From Thermodesulfobacteriota bacterium (GTDB lineage: Bacteria > Desulfobacterota > Desulfobacteria > Desulfobacterales > C00003060): a stretch of DNA of 64,000 nt. The stretch is from positions 94,921 to 158,920 of the forward strand of contig JAXHVD010000009.1 of NCBI GenBank assembly GCA_034189385.1. Direction: 5' to 3'. A program made the position numbers and the translations under genes. The notes beneath the pieces were generated by a model that was not told the origin of the DNA, made no database searches, and saw only the letters and a program-made list of their open reading frames with translations. This document shows, piece after piece, positions 41,044 to 54,079 of the stretch (positions are counted from its first letter, which is position 1; each line of letters opens with the position of its first letter).

Positions 41044-42780
41044 CTAGACGATGCGTTTGAAGTCTTTTTCGATTTGGCGTAGGCTTTGGCGGATCAGGGT
41101 GGGGCGGCCGTGGGGACAATGGGTGGCATTGTCTAGAGAATCCAATTGGCCGAGAAGGGCCTTCATCTCTTCTTCTGAAAGCCTCTCATTGGCCCTTATG
41201 GCCCCATGGCAGGCCATGATGATCAAAGACTCATCTACTGCCTCATGGAGGCCCGAGGCGAGGCCTATCTCTTCTACCTTTTCAATGAGTTCCATGACCA
41301 AGGGTTTTGCAGGCCTGTGGGCTAGAATCTCCGGCACGGAGCGGATCAGGTAAGTCCTTCCTCCAAAGGGTTCGATCTCTACCCCCATTTGTTCTAGGTC
41401 TTTCAGCAAAGCATCCAAGATATCCGCTTGCCGGTGGCTGAGTTCGAGTCTTTCGGGTATGAGCATTCCCTGCCGGGATATGTCTGACCGGTCATAGGCG
41501 GCCTTGAGGGCTTCGAAGACGACCCGTTCATGGGCAGCGTGCTGATCAATGAGGACCAATCCATCTTCAGACTCACAGAGAATATAGGTGCGGTGGAGTT
41601 GCCCAAGGACCCTAAGAGAAGAAAAGGGCCGTTCCTGCCACAAGGGTTTAGTGGCCCATGCAGGGGGGCTGCCCTGCTTCGGAAGGAGGGCGGACCTAGG
41701 CTCGCTGATTTGCCCGTGGGGTGGTGAAAGGGTGTACGTGCAATGCGTGTCTATGGGCCTGGAGGGAGGCCCCATCCCCCAAGCAGGGCGATCCATGGCA
41801 ACAAGTATTTTGGATATTGCCTTTGAAATAGTGTTATGGACCTGGCTTGGAGCCTGGAAGCGGACCACGTTTTTCGTGGGGTGGACATTGACGTCTACCT
41901 GGTCAAAGGGCAAGGTCACAAACACCACGGCCATTGGAAAATTTCCTTTCATAAGGCGGCCGGCATAGCCTTCTATGATAGCGTGATGAAGGACCTTGTC
42001 CCGCACGAAGCGACCATTCACATAGACGTACAGGCTTCGGGACGTCGTCCGGGTAATGTCTGGAGAGGCCACAAACCCGTGGACACTCACATTGCCCTCC
42101 GAGTAGTCTACTTCGTAAAGGCCATCTTCTGCATCGGTTCCTAGCACATCGGTGACCCGCTTCATGGAATCGGCAGCAGGACCCCAATTGGCCACGGTCC
42201 GTGCGTTGTGAAAGAACTTAAAATGGATGCCGGGCCAGGCCAGCGCCATGCGCGTAACCGTGTTGCCAATGTGGCCCATTTCCGTTTGTTCGGTTTTTAA
42301 GTACTTACGCCGAGCAGGGGTGTTGAAAAAGAGACCACTCACCGAGATCATGGTCCCTGTCGGGGCACCCACCTCTGAGACTTCCTTAATGGTACCGCCC
42401 TTCACAACGATTCGGGTTCCCACGGAGGCCGATTCAATGCTGGTGACGATTTCCATGTCCGACACAGACGCAATGCTGGGGAGGGCTTCCCCTCTGAACC
42501 CCAGTGTGGCAATGGAAAAAAGGTCTTTTTCGTCACGGATCTTGCTTGTCGCATGGCGTTCTATGGCAAGGAGGGCATCATCACGATCCATGCCCACTCC
42601 GTTATCGGAGATCCGAATGAGGGCCCGTCCCCCTTTGTTGACTTCCACTGTCACCTGAGTACTCTTGGCGTCAATGGCGTTTTCCATGAGTTCCTTCACC
42701 ACCGAGGCCGGACGTTCCACGACTTCCCCTGCGGCGATTTTGTTTGATAATGCTTCAGGAAGTATTTCTATTCGGGGCAT
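41044..42780 (-). CDS. mutL: DNA mismatch repair endonuclease MutL
   Basis: IAAGEVVERP, GFRGEAL, DQHAAHER, CPHGRP. Confidence 0.97.
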   Translation of the reverse strand: MPRIEILPEALSNKIAAGEVVERPASVVKELMENAIDAKSTQVTVEVNKGGRALIRISDNGVGMDRDDALLAIERHATSKIRDEKDLFSIATLGFRGEALPSIASVSDMEIVTSIESASVGTRIVVKGGTIKEVSEVGAPTGTMISVSGLFFNTPARRKYLKTEQTEMGHIGNTVTRMALAWPGIHFKFFHNARTVANWGPAADSMKRVTDVLGTDAEDGLYEVDYSEGNVSVHGFVASPDITRTTSRSLYVYVNGRFVRDKVLHHAIIEGYAGRLMKGNFPMAVVFVTLPFDQVDVNVHPTKNVVRFQAPSQVHNTISKAISKILVAMDRPAWGMGPPSRPIDTHCTYTLSPPHGQISEPRSALLPKQGSPPAWATKPLWQERPFSSLRVLGQLHRTYILCESEDGLVLIDQHAAHERVVFEALKAAYDRSDISRQGMLIPERLELSHRQADILDALLKDLEQMGVEIEPFGGRTYLIRSVPEILAHRPAKPLVMELIEKVEEIGLASGLHEAVDESLIIMACHGAIRANERLSEEEMKALLGQLDSLDNATHCPHGRPTLIRQSLRQIEKDFKRIV

Positions 42781-42857
42781 TCTGGCAGATCTTAATGTGG
42801 TTTTTGGGCCAGGAATATCCGAGTTTATGTGACGTGAAACCCTTGGCGCCACGGACG

Positions 42858-43040
42858 TTAGCTTTTGTCTTTTTCGGCAAAAAACCGCGTCAGAAACTCG
42901 GCGTCATTAGGCGGCAGGTCGAATTTGACACACGCCTGCTCGATTAAACTGGCGAGACTTGCCTCTGGCTTGCTCAGGCGCTCGTCTGATATCCATCTTG
43001 TGGCTTTTCTAAGATCTTCACCTTCAGGCTGAACGGTCAT
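42858..43040 (-). CDS. Small hypothetical protein
   Basis: 60-aa ORF with AGGAG RBS, co-oriented between gatA and mutL. Confidence 0.7.
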   Translation of the reverse strand: MTVQPEGEDLRKATRWISDERLSKPEASLASLIEQACVKFDLPPNDAEFLTRFFAEKDKS

Positions 43041-43171
43041 ATGCTCCTGCCTTTCTACGCTAATAGGTTGTTGCCCTCCACCGACGAGAGACTAACATCT
43101 GTGTGAAGAGAGCTCGTTACGTTGCTATTCCCATGTGAACCAAGGATATACATTAAATGTGAAAAGGGCCG

Positions 43172-44629
43172 TTACAGGTCCGGCCTTTTGGTGTGGTGAT
43201 CCGTTTCCTGTTCGAAATTGTAGGCCACCTTTATAAGCTTTTCTTCGTCAAAATGATTTCCCAAAATCTGCAGACCCACGGGCAGGCCCTGGGTGCTGAA
43301 GCCGCAGGGCACGGACAGCCCTGGTATCCCGGCCAAGCTGGCAGGCAGCGTAAAGATGTCTGACAGATACATGGACAGAGGGTCATCCAGCTTTTCTCCG
43401 AGGGTGAAAGCCGGAGAGGGAGCCACAGGGGTGAGGAGGACATCACAGGTCTTAAAGACCTTTCTAAAGTCTTCCATAATCAAGGTGCGGACTTGAGATG
43501 CCTTCCCGTAATAGGCGTCATAATACCCAGCTGAAAGGGCATAAGTGCCGATGATGATCCGTCTTTGCACTTCCTGCCCAAGGCCCTTAGATCGGGTATT
43601 TCGATACATCTCCATCAAATCGTTCGACGTGGTATCCCGCAGTCCGTATCTCACCCCATCGTAACGGGCCAGGTTGGAGCTTGCCTCCGCAGGCGCGACC
43701 AGATAATATGTTGCCACCGCGTAAGGGGTATGGGGAAGGGAGACCTCTTTGCAAGTTGCCCCAAGGCTCTCAATCACCTTTATGGCATCCTCTACCGCCT
43801 TTGACACTTGCGGATCCAGGCCCTCAGCCTGATACTCCTTTGGGATGCCTGCTACCAGTCCGTCGAGGCCAAGCTGCAAGGCCCTCGTGTAGTCCGGAAC
43901 GGCATGCGGTACCGATGTGGAGTCCATGGCATCATGGCCACAAATCTCGTTCATCAGAAGGGCGCAGTCGGTGACGTCTTTGGTTAACGGGCCGATTTGG
44001 TCCAGGGACGAGGCAAAGGCCACCAAGCCGAACCGTGACACGCGGCCGTATGTGGGTTTCAAACCTACCACCCCGCAATGGGACGCAGGCTGACGAATGG
44101 ATCCTCCGGTATCTGTTCCTAGGGCCCCAATGCACTCATCAGCCGCGACGGCTGCTGCTGAGCCGCCGCTGGAGCCTCCAGGGATTCGTGTCAGATCCCA
44201 TGGGTTGTGCGTTACAAAAAAGCCTGAGTGTTCAGTGGAAGATCCCATGGCGAACTCGTCCAAATTGGTCTTGCCTACGACCACTGCCTGGGCCTGCCTA
44301 AGTTTTTTTACTACGGTGCTGCTGTACGGTGGGACGAAGTTTTCCAGGATCTTGGATCCACAGGTGGTCTTCACACCTTCGGTACAAAGAAGATCTTTAA
44401 TTGCCAGGGGAATCCCCGTAAGGGGTCCCCCTTGTCCACGGGTAATCCGCTCGTCAGCCGCTTCTGCCTCAGCCATGGCGCGATTCTTGACCAGGGTGAT
44501 GTAGGCAGAGACACGATTTTCTACTTCCTCGATTCGCTCAAAGACAGCAGATGTCAGTTCAACGGAACTGGTTTCCCTTTGTGTCAGGAGTCGATGGGCT
44601 TCGTGTATGGTCAGTTTGTGAAGGTCCAT
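43172..44629 (-). CDS. gatA: Glu/Asp-tRNA amidotransferase subunit A
   Basis: Amidase signature [16 protein letters not shown]; start trimmed to MDLHKL. Confidence 0.96.
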   Translation of the reverse strand: MDLHKLTIHEAHRLLTQRETSSVELTSAVFERIEEVENRVSAYITLVKNRAMAEAEAADERITRGQGGPLTGIPLAIKDLLCTEGVKTTCGSKILENFVPPYSSTVVKKLRQAQAVVVGKTNLDEFAMGSSTEHSGFFVTHNPWDLTRIPGGSSGGSAAAVAADECIGALGTDTGGSIRQPASHCGVVGLKPTYGRVSRFGLVAFASSLDQIGPLTKDVTDCALLMNEICGHDAMDSTSVPHAVPDYTRALQLGLDGLVAGIPKEYQAEGLDPQVSKAVEDAIKVIESLGATCKEVSLPHTPYAVATYYLVAPAEASSNLARYDGVRYGLRDTTSNDLMEMYRNTRSKGLGQEVQRRIIIGTYALSAGYYDAYYGKASQVRTLIMEDFRKVFKTCDVLLTPVAPSPAFTLGEKLDDPLSMYLSDIFTLPASLAGIPGLSVPCGFSTQGLPVGLQILGNHFDEEKLIKVAYNFEQETDHHTKRPDL

Positions 44630-44676
44630 GGGCGTTCCTGTCTTTTCTAATAGCGTTGTTTTTCTGTGCCGACGGA

Positions 44677-44874
44677 GAGACCTTTGCAAAACCCCTTCTC
44701 ACTTGGCTCTATGAGTTTTTCGACCCGTCTTCGGCTTTGTTGGCTAAATCGTAGAAACTAGGCTTAACGGCCTCAAACAGTCCACGATTTGCCTACTTCC
44801 GTGGGTCGCCAAGGCAGCCGAATGGATACCCCAAAAAGCCCACAATGAACGTTCGAAGGATATGCAAACGTCTT
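44677..44874. mobile_element. MITE, longer copy of the 40869 family, between gatC and gatA
   Basis: GAGACCTTTGCAAAACCCCTTCTCACTTGG...CCCCAAAAAGCCCACAATGAACGTT..TATGCAAACGTCTT. Confidence 0.7.
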
Positions 44875-44894
44875 GGAAAAATTTTCCCCTGCCG

Positions 44895-45191
44895 TCAAAT
44901 CACCTTTGGGACAACAAAACTGCCATCTTCTGACTCCGGTGCATTGGTCAATACACGCTTCACAGGCATAGAGGGTTTGACTTCATCTTGCCGAAAGGCA
45001 TTATTGATGAAAATGGCATGAGAAGTGGGGGGCACCCCCTTGGTGTCTAGATGATTCAGTGTGTCCATATATGTCAGGATTTCTCCCAGTTGCTTGGTAT
45101 AAAGCGCTATGGCGGCATCATCTAAATGGAGTCGCGCAAGCCTTGCCACGTGGATGATCTGATCCTTGGTAATCTTTGTGATGGTAAACAC
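44895..45191 (-). CDS. gatC: Glu/Asp-tRNA amidotransferase subunit C
   Basis: HVARLARL..NAP...FVVPKVI; start codon uncertain. Confidence 0.93.
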   Translation of the reverse strand: MFTITKITKDQIIHVARLARLHLDDAAIALYTKQLGEILTYMDTLNHLDTKGVPPTSHAIFINNAFRQDEVKPSMPVKRVLTNAPESEDGSFVVPKVI

Positions 45192-45246
45192 CCCCTTGTA
45201 CTAAATGCCCAAAGGCAACTTGGAAATTCGTCAGATTATCTCCAGT

Positions 45247-45972
45247 CTATTTACGGATGATCAGGGGATCGAACTCGGGATTTCGCTGTCTGAGCTTTGC
45301 AAGGATTTGACTCGCCTCATGGCGACTCTTGAAATGCCCCACACGGACTCGGTAATAGATACCTTTCTCCGGGATCCGCACTTTGACCGAATAAGCGGTG
45401 TACCCTTTGCGTTTAAGGGCAGAGACCAGGTCCTTGGCTTTCGTCAAATCCTGTAACGATGCCACTTGAATGGCAAAAGGCGTTTGGGTTGTTGTCTTAT
45501 TTCCTGCGGAAAGGGTTTGCTGTTGTGCCTGTTTTTTCTTCTCAGGTGTCTTTGCCTGAGGCCGTGACGACTCCGCCTTCGCAGGGGCCTCTCCTTTTGC
45601 CGAAAGCTCCGTTGGTTTTTCCAGGGCCTTTTGGGCAGATTTGAACCGGGCTTCTTCCTTCTTGTCTGTAAGGGCTTCGTAGAAATCGAAACTCATCTTA
45701 TCTGATGTGATCTTCCCATCAGACACGGTATCATTGGCTTCCTTTTGCAATGCCTGTTCTTTCAACGCATTCAACTCACTCTTGATGTTCTCAATGTCAA
45801 AGCGCACTGGTGAGTGTCCGCGTCCCACAATGACGCCCAAGGTGAACATCCACAGCATGGCAAAGGCGGCCACTCCCAACCACAGGAATGCCTCCCTTCG
45901 TGTCAGCTCAAGGGGGAAACGGCTAGGCTTGGCCGATGTTTTATTCCTGGGCCGTGCAGTCCTTCGGTTCAT
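45247..45972 (-). CDS. SPOR domain membrane protein
   Basis: N-terminal TM; C-terminal IQVAS..YYRVRVG; follows argS. Confidence 0.88.
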   Translation of the reverse strand: MNRRTARPRNKTSAKPSRFPLELTRREAFLWLGVAAFAMLWMFTLGVIVGRGHSPVRFDIENIKSELNALKEQALQKEANDTVSDGKITSDKMSFDFYEALTDKKEEARFKSAQKALEKPTELSAKGEAPAKAESSRPQAKTPEKKKQAQQQTLSAGNKTTTQTPFAIQVASLQDLTKAKDLVSALKRKGYTAYSVKVRIPEKGIYYRVRVGHFKSRHEASQILAKLRQRNPEFDPLIIRK

Positions 45973-45989
45973 GTTTCAACAATGCCCAA

Positions 45990-47666
45990 CTACATGGTTT
46001 GTGGGGCCGACACACCCATCAGCGCCAGTCCGTTTCTGATGACCATGCGAATAGCAGACACAAGATAGAGCCTTGCCTCTGACAGTGTTGCATTGTCACT
46101 GACGACTTGGTGTTTGTCGCGATCGTGGTAGTAAGCGTGAAAAGCTGCCGCCACTTCCCGCAGATAGAAGGGAATACGATGGGGTTCCATCAATAGGGCG
46201 CTTTGAGCCACCATCTCGGGATATCGTGCCATAAGTTTGATGAGTTGGACCTCTTCAGGAAGATCAATCAGTCCAGGAAAATCTTGATGCCAGCAAATAG
46301 TCTTGTAACCCTGTTCTTCGGCCTTTTTAAGAATGTTAGAAATCCTGGCATGGACATATTGGACATAGTATACTGGATTCTCACTCGATTGCCTCTTGGC
46401 CAGATCCAGATCAAAGTCGAGGGGACTGTCATAATGTCGCAATAAGAACAAGAACCGTGCCACATCGGGCCCAACTTCGTCAACGACTTCTTTCAGGGTC
46501 ACAAATTGGCCTGCTCGGGTAGACATAGTGACGGGCTTGCCATCTCTGAGCAAGTTGACAAGTTGAACGAGGATGGTTCGATATTTGTCCTTATCGTAAC
46601 CCTGGGCCTCGATCGAAGCAGAAACCCTCGAAACATAACCATGGTGGTCTGCTCCCCATACATCGATGATGCGATCAAACTTTCTTTCAAACTTGTCCTT
46701 GTGGTAGGCGATGTCTGAGGCGAAGTAGGTCGTTACCCCATTGGAACGGACAACGACCCGATCTTTTTCATCTCCGTACTCCTGAGTTCGAAACCACAAT
46801 GCCCCGTCTTGTTCGTAAAGGAGACCCTGCCTCTTGAGACCTTGTATGACCGAACTAACAGCTTCTGACTCATACAGGGATTGTTCGCTAAACCATCGGT
46901 CAAAAGAGACACCGAATGTGTCAAGGTCTTTTCTGATATCTGTAAGAATTTCATGAGCTGCGAACTCGGCGCAAAGCCCTATTGCGTGGTCTTCAGCCAT
47001 TTCCATGAGGCCCCTGTCCTTTTGATGGACCAGGATCTGGGCAAGGTCCCGGATGTAGTCGCCCTGATAAGAGCCTTCTGGCAAATCCACTTTGTCTCCC
47101 AGAAGCTGTCGATAGCGAAAAAATACGGACTGGCCCAATGTGCGAATCTGTCTGCCAGAGTCATTCACGTAGTACTCTTTTTCTACTTCATATCCAACTG
47201 CCTGAAGGATGGCTGCCAGGGTGTCTCCCACCGCAGCACATCGGCCATGGCCCACGTGGAGAGGGCCGGTGGGATTGGCACTCACGAATTCGATTTGTAC
47301 CCGGTTGCCTGCTCCCAGTTGGGATGTCCCGTATTCTTTGTCAAGGCCATGAATGGCTTTAAGGACCTCGTACCATTTATCCTGGGCGATGAAGAAGTTG
47401 ATGAATCCCGGTCCTGCTACCTCCATCCTTGAAATCAGGTGATCCGTGTCTTCAACATGATCGACTATGATTCCGGCAATCTCCCGTGGAGGCCTCTTCT
47501 GTTCTGAGGCCATGGTCATAGCGATATTAGTGCTGTAGTCACCGTGGGTTGCCATTTTGGGCGTTTCCAGGGGAATGGACAGGCCCTTTCCTACAGGCAG
47601 CAGATGCCCTGCAGCACAGGCAGATTCCAGCGCCTGCTGCACGATGGGACGAAGTCTTTCCTTCAT
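45990..47666 (-). CDS. argS: Arginine--tRNA ligase
   Basis: EFVSANPTGPLHVGHGR, MSTRAG, YVQYVHARI. Confidence 0.96.
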   Translation of the reverse strand: MKERLRPIVQQALESACAAGHLLPVGKGLSIPLETPKMATHGDYSTNIAMTMASEQKRPPREIAGIIVDHVEDTDHLISRMEVAGPGFINFFIAQDKWYEVLKAIHGLDKEYGTSQLGAGNRVQIEFVSANPTGPLHVGHGRCAAVGDTLAAILQAVGYEVEKEYYVNDSGRQIRTLGQSVFFRYRQLLGDKVDLPEGSYQGDYIRDLAQILVHQKDRGLMEMAEDHAIGLCAEFAAHEILTDIRKDLDTFGVSFDRWFSEQSLYESEAVSSVIQGLKRQGLLYEQDGALWFRTQEYGDEKDRVVVRSNGVTTYFASDIAYHKDKFERKFDRIIDVWGADHHGYVSRVSASIEAQGYDKDKYRTILVQLVNLLRDGKPVTMSTRAGQFVTLKEVVDEVGPDVARFLFLLRHYDSPLDFDLDLAKRQSSENPVYYVQYVHARISNILKKAEEQGYKTICWHQDFPGLIDLPEEVQLIKLMARYPEMVAQSALLMEPHRIPFYLREVAAAFHAYYHDRDKHQVVSDNATLSEARLYLVSAIRMVIRNGLALMGVSAPQTM

Positions 47667-47871
47667 GGGAAGCGTATTAACGAGTTTTGTAACCCAAGTC
47701 AAGGAACAAAGGTGCAGTGCGATGTCAGCACCAGTGACACCGCCTTTGCGCGAAAGATAGGGCTCAGCCAAACTGGGTGCGTCACCTCTTTGCATAGAAA
47801 CTTTTTCCGATGCTGCAGGCGGAGTGAGATCCATGGAAAGGAGAGGCCACTTTATCAATTGACAGTATTGA

Positions 47872-49221
<1,350 letters not shown>

Positions 49222-49234
49222 TGTGTCGTTTAGA

Positions 49235-49837
49235 TCAGCCAAAATATGTGTGCGCCACCTTTTTCCATAACCCCTGGACAGCAAGGATCAACTCGGCCAC
49301 TTCTCTTACTGCACCTCTTCCGCCTGGGGCCACCGTAACGTAGTGGGCTGTGTCAAAAAGAAACTCTGAGGCATCGGCCACGGCCACGGCAAAGCCCACG
49401 TGGTTCATGACGGTCAGGTCCACTACATCGTCACCCACAAAGGCCGCATGTTCTGGCTTGAGGCCTTTGTGAGAGAGGATTTTTTCAAGTATCGGTACCT
49501 TGTCCCTGACTCCTTGGATCACCTCGGTTATTCCTAGATCAGCGGCCCTTTTTTCGACCAGGGGACAACTCCTGCCTGAGATCAGCGCAGACTCAATGCC
49601 AGCATGTCCCAACATCTTGATTCCATGGCCGTCACGGACATCAAAGGCCTTGGACTCCGTACCGTCGTCGTGATAGAAAAGGCGGCCATCAGTAAGGACG
49701 CCATCCACATCCAGGGCAAGCAACTTGATTCGTTCAATCCGCCTGCGAACCTGGGCATTGACCCGATTCACCACTGAAGGGGCCTTTACCCGTTCCTTTG
49801 TGCCAGGCTCTTTGAGAAATCCAACGTTCTTTGTCAT
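49235..49837 (-). CDS. kdsC: KDO 8-phosphate phosphatase (HAD IIIA)
   Basis: LDVDGVLTDG, GDDVVD, GGRGAVRE. Confidence 0.88.
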   Translation of the reverse strand: MTKNVGFLKEPGTKERVKAPSVVNRVNAQVRRRIERIKLLALDVDGVLTDGRLFYHDDGTESKAFDVRDGHGIKMLGHAGIESALISGRSCPLVEKRAADLGITEVIQGVRDKVPILEKILSHKGLKPEHAAFVGDDVVDLTVMNHVGFAVAVADASEFLFDTAHYVTVAPGGRGAVREVAELILAVQGLWKKVAHTYFG

Positions 49838-50245
49838 CAGCGTTACACCTTTCTCTTCTCATTTCTCTGGCTTGTCTTTGTTCCCCAGACTGGCTCAACC
49901 AGGTGGGAGGACAGTAACGTACTGTGTGGAAATATATAGAAAATATCATGGTCCTTCCCCGTAGGTCAACCTCTGCATCGTCTGAATTCAAGAAAACATG
50001 CCAGCGTGGCTGCTTCTTGTGGCCGGGAACTGCTATATGCGGTGTTTGATGGCAGGTCCTTTTCAGAGGATCCTGCTGTAGGGTTCCCTAATAAAAACGC
50101 CGTGGAGTCAAGGGGATGGATGTGGTACGCTTATAGGGGTGAGACAAGACGACATAGGAGTACCAGACTTGGCTTCCAGGCCCTGAGATCTCGCAGGGCA
50201 AGGTGTATGAAACCCATGGACTTGGTGCATTACTGGGAGGACTAG

Positions 50246-50884
50246 ATGGCCTTGAAGGTAAACGAGATTTTTTACAGCATCCAAGGCGAGTCTTCTTATG
50301 CCGGCCGACCTTGCGTTTTTGTGCGACTCACGGGATGCAATCTTCGATGTTCGTACTGTGACACGAAGTTTGCTTACGAAGAAGGTGAAGACATGGAGAT
50401 CGCAGATATTATGGGCCTGGTGGAAGCTCATCAATGCCCCCTCGTTGAAGTGACAGGCGGAGAGCCGTTAATTCAAAAAGACACACCCCTGCTTGTCCAG
50501 CGCCTTATTGAGAGGGGCCATGAGGTTTTGATGGAGACAAACGGGAGCCAAGATATAAGTCAAGTGGATAACCGCTGTGTGAAAATTATGGATGTAAAAT
50601 GCCCGTCCAGTGGTGAGCATACCCAAAACGACCTAAAGAACCTGCACAGGCTGACGGATCGCGACGAGATCAAATTCGTGATCTCAAACAGGAAAGACTA
50701 CGACTACGCCCGGGAGATAGTCGGTTCCAGGCTCTTCAGAAAGAACTCGGTTCACTTTTCTCCGGCCTTCGGCATGCTGGAATCGGAGCGGTTGGCAGTG
50801 TGGATGCTGGAAGATCATCTGAATGTGAGGCTTCACCTGCAACTCCACAAGGTCATCTGGGGACCTGAACGGAAAGGGGTCTGA
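50246..50884 (+). CDS. queE: 7-carboxy-7-deazaguanine synthase (radical SAM)
   Basis: [23 protein letters not shown]. Confidence 0.92.
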   Translation: MALKVNEIFYSIQGESSYAGRPCVFVRLTGCNLRCSYCDTKFAYEEGEDMEIADIMGLVEAHQCPLVEVTGGEPLIQKDTPLLVQRLIERGHEVLMETNGSQDISQVDNRCVKIMDVKCPSSGEHTQNDLKNLHRLTDRDEIKFVISNRKDYDYAREIVGSRLFRKNSVHFSPAFGMLESERLAVWMLEDHLNVRLHLQLHKVIWGPERKGV

Positions 50885-51600
50885 TGACAGACAAGGGGAA
50901 GAGCCACAGGGAAAAAGCCGTTGTGCTCTCCAGTGGCGGACTCGATTCCACCACAGCCATGGCTGTGGCTAAGGAGGAGGGGTACGAGATTTATAGCCTT
51001 AGCTTTCACTATGGGCAGCGCCATGCCGCAGAGTTAGAGGCCGCTGAGACTGTGGCTAAGGCATTGGGAGCCAAAGAACATCTTCTTGTTTGCCTTGATT
51101 TTGCAAAGATAGGTGGCTCTGCCCTTACAGATGATATGGATGTGCCCAAGGCCCGAAGTTATGGGGAAATAGGTCATGAAATCCCCATTACCTACGTGCC
51201 TGCGCGCAACACCATCTTTCTTGCCTATGCCTTGGCCTGGGCGGAGGTGTTGGGAGCCTCAGACATATTCATTGGCGTGAACGCCATTGATTACAGTGGA
51301 TATCCGGATTGCCGTCCAGAATACATCGAGGCCTTTGAGCATATGGCCAACCTCGCCACCAGAGCGAGCACCCAAGGAAAGGCTAAGACAAGGATCAGAA
51401 CGCCTCTCATGCACATGACCAAGGCACAAATTATCCAAAAAGGCATGGCACTGGGCGTTGATTACAGCATGACTCGTAGTTGCTATGATCCTTCAGCAGA
51501 AGGCATGGCCTGTGGACAATGTGACAGCTGTCTTTTGAGGAAAAGGGGTTTCGTAGAGGCCGGTCTTTCAGACCCTACGATCTACGTGTCTGGACAATGA
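50884..51600 (+). CDS. queC: 7-cyano-7-deazaguanine synthase
   Basis: SGGLDS, YVPARN, GYPDCRP, CGQCDSC. Confidence 0.96.
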   Translation: MTDKGKSHREKAVVLSSGGLDSTTAMAVAKEEGYEIYSLSFHYGQRHAAELEAAETVAKALGAKEHLLVCLDFAKIGGSALTDDMDVPKARSYGEIGHEIPITYVPARNTIFLAYALAWAEVLGASDIFIGVNAIDYSGYPDCRPEYIEAFEHMANLATRASTQGKAKTRIRTPLMHMTKAQIIQKGMALGVDYSMTRSCYDPSAEGMACGQCDSCLLRKRGFVEAGLSDPTIYVSGQ

Positions 51601-51674
51601 AGGGACCTGAGAACTGCAGGTAAGAGGTGTGTGCTCGCGGGTCCTTGGCTTGGAAGGCTTGAGAAAGGTGTGGG

Positions 51675-52340
51675 CTAGGCTTTCTCCTTGCCTGCTTTGG
51701 CTTCCTGCGGTTGTGTGTCGGCAGGGCCTGGTGAAGCATCCTCTGTGCCCTCATCAGCTTCGGGCTCAGAGTCGATCTCTTCTGTCTTCGCTATAGTCTC
51801 AGATTGCTCAGTCGCTTTCCCTGGACCGATTTCCTCTGTCGTCGCAGTCGCCTTTTCAGTGGATTCGGTCTTCGTTGCCTCTTGCTCGGCCTGCTTTGGC
51901 TCTTCAACGACATCCTTCTTGGCCCTGGCGACTTCCTTCTTCTTCGGTACCTTGGGTTTTTTCTTCTTCCGTTTCTGTTTTTCTTCTGCTGAGACAAACT
52001 CTATTAATGATATGGGCGCTGCATCTCCCGCCCGCCTACCTATTTTAACAACTCTGGTGTACCCTCCGGCTCTTTCACCAAAGCGATTCTGAGCCTCCTC
52101 GAAAAGTTTATGCACAACCGCTTTGTCTCTCATGACTGACAACGCCTGTCGCCGGGCGTGAAGATCTCCCCTCTTTGCAAGCGTAATCATATGGTCTGCC
52201 CACCGCCTTAACTCCTTGGCCTTGGCATGCGTCGTCCGGATACGGCCGTGGGTAAAAAGGGAAGTCACCATGTTTCGGAACATGGCATTACGGTGACTTC
52301 CTGTGCGGTTGAGCTTCTTGCCAGCTTTTTGGTGCCTCAT
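51675..52340 (-). CDS. rplQ: 50S ribosomal protein L17 with long C-terminal extension
   Basis: MRHQK..GGYTRV; about 100-aa K/E/T-rich tail. Confidence 0.96.
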   Translation of the reverse strand: MRHQKAGKKLNRTGSHRNAMFRNMVTSLFTHGRIRTTHAKAKELRRWADHMITLAKRGDLHARRQALSVMRDKAVVHKLFEEAQNRFGERAGGYTRVVKIGRRAGDAAPISLIEFVSAEEKQKRKKKKPKVPKKKEVARAKKDVVEEPKQAEQEATKTESTEKATATTEEIGPGKATEQSETIAKTEEIDSEPEADEGTEDASPGPADTQPQEAKAGKEKA

Positions 52341-53368
52341 TTATCGCTTGTCTCTCCTTCAGCAGATTTGTCTTCGGGTGGCGTGAATCCTTCCAGCGTC
52401 ATGCCAAGTTTTAAGCCCATCTCTCCAAGCACTTCCTTAATCTCATTGAGTGATTTGCGACCAAAATTCTTGGTTTTCAGCATTTCCTGTTCAGTCCTCT
52501 GTACCAACTCTCCAATATAGGAAATACTGGCGTTCTTCAAGCAGTTTGCCGAGCGGACCGAAAGCTCTAGTTCCTCCACACTACGGTAGAGATTCTCGTT
52601 CAAGGGCTCCTCTTTTTCTTCCGGTTCTTCCGGTTCAGGCTCTGGTTCCTCATCAAAATTGATGAAGATGCTCGTTTGCTCCTTGAGTATCTTCGCGGCA
52701 TAGGCCACGGCATCTGCCGGAAGAACACTTCCGTCGGTCCACACTTCCAGAGTCAACTTGTCATAATCCGTTCTCTGGCCCACCCTGGCGTTTCCTACAA
52801 CGTAGTTTACTCGTCTAATAGGGGAAAAAACGGCATCTATCGGTACCGTGCCTACAGGATCGTTTTCGTCCTGGTTTGCCTCTGCCGGCACATACCCCTT
52901 GCCGACCTTTACTTCCATTGTCATGTTCAGGGCAACATCCTTGGATAAGGTCGCAATATGCTGCTGCGGATTAAGTATTTCAACGCCGCCGTCGGTTATG
53001 ATATCTTCCGCCTTCACCTCACACTCTCCGGAGGCCTCGATTCGAACCGATCGCGGCTCAAGGTCTGACATACGTAATCGGACTTCCTTCAGATTCAGAA
53101 AGATTTCAGATACATCTTCTAATACCCCAGGGATAGCCGAAAATTCGTGCATGACGTTGTCTATTTTGGCCGAAACGATGGCAGCGCCATGAATGGAAGA
53201 AAGGAGAACCCTTCTAAGAGCATTGCCAATAGTAATGCCGAATCCCCGTTCCAGGGGTTCACACACAAACTTGCCATAGGTCGCGGTACTAGCACTGATC
53301 TCAACCCCTTTGGGTTTGATCAGCTCTCGCCAGTTCATGTACATTATTTTGTTCGATCCTGATGACAT
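52337..53368 (-). CDS. rpoA: RNA polymerase alpha subunit
   Basis: [27 protein letters not shown]. Confidence 0.98.
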   Translation of the reverse strand: MSSGSNKIMYMNWRELIKPKGVEISASTATYGKFVCEPLERGFGITIGNALRRVLLSSIHGAAIVSAKIDNVMHEFSAIPGVLEDVSEIFLNLKEVRLRMSDLEPRSVRIEASGECEVKAEDIITDGGVEILNPQQHIATLSKDVALNMTMEVKVGKGYVPAEANQDENDPVGTVPIDAVFSPIRRVNYVVGNARVGQRTDYDKLTLEVWTDGSVLPADAVAYAAKILKEQTSIFINFDEEPEPEPEEPEEKEEPLNENLYRSVEELELSVRSANCLKNASISYIGELVQRTEQEMLKTKNFGRKSLNEIKEVLGEMGLKLGMTLEGFTPPEDKSAEGETSDK

Positions 53369-53436
53369 CCTCTTGTCTCCGATTTTGCTGATGTTTTTTC
53401 AAAGGAATCCGAACTGACCTACCGCTGCCCTTCCAA

Positions 53437-54066
53437 CTATTTGGAATAAAGCTCCACAATCAGTTGCTCCTGAATCGGCATAGTCAGTTCCTCTCTTGAC
53501 GGGTAAGACTTGACCGTGCCTCTTAGAGCTTCCTTTTCTACTTCCAGCCATGCTGGAATACCCCGCCGTACAACAGTTTCCGCGGCATCCAAAATCACTT
53601 GGACCTTCCGACTTTTTTCTCTCACTTGTATAACGTCACCAACGTTGACCGTATATGAAGGAATATTCATCTTTTTTCCGTTTACCGTGAAATGGTTGTG
53701 ACGGACCAATTGCCTGCCCTGGGCGATAGAATTAGCGAAGCCAAGACGGTAGACTACATTGTCCAGGCGTCCCTCAAGGAAAATCAATAGATTTATGCCG
53801 GTGACACCCCGTTTTTGTTCCGCCTTTTTAAATAGACCTCTAAATTGGGTTTCGAGCAGGCCGTACATTCTTTTAACTTTCTGCTTTTCACGGAGCTGTA
53901 TGCCATAATCGGAAACCTTGGTCCTACGGCGCTGACCGTGCTGGCCAGGGGGATAGCCTCTACGGTCAAAGGCACACTTATCAGAATAACACCTGTCGCC
54001 TTTCAGAAACATTTTCAGGTTCTCCCGGCGGCAGAGTCTGCATACTGAACCGATATATCGTGCCAA
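53437..54066 (-). CDS. rpsD: 30S ribosomal protein S4
   Basis: TTG start [15 protein letters not shown]; zinc-ribbon Cys residues. Confidence 0.97.
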   Translation of the reverse strand: MARYIGSVCRLCRRENLKMFLKGDRCYSDKCAFDRRGYPPGQHGQRRRTKVSDYGIQLREKQKVKRMYGLLETQFRGLFKKAEQKRGVTGINLLIFLEGRLDNVVYRLGFANSIAQGRQLVRHNHFTVNGKKMNIPSYTVNVGDVIQVREKSRKVQVILDAAETVVRRGIPAWLEVEKEALRGTVKSYPSREELTMPIQEQLIVELYSK

Positions 54067-54079
54067 ATCTTTCCTCCTT

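Noticed and set aside
50246..50884. Radical SAM enzyme as maturase for the WDF peptides
   Set aside because: It is a typical QueE coupled to queC, with no SPASM or RRE domain.
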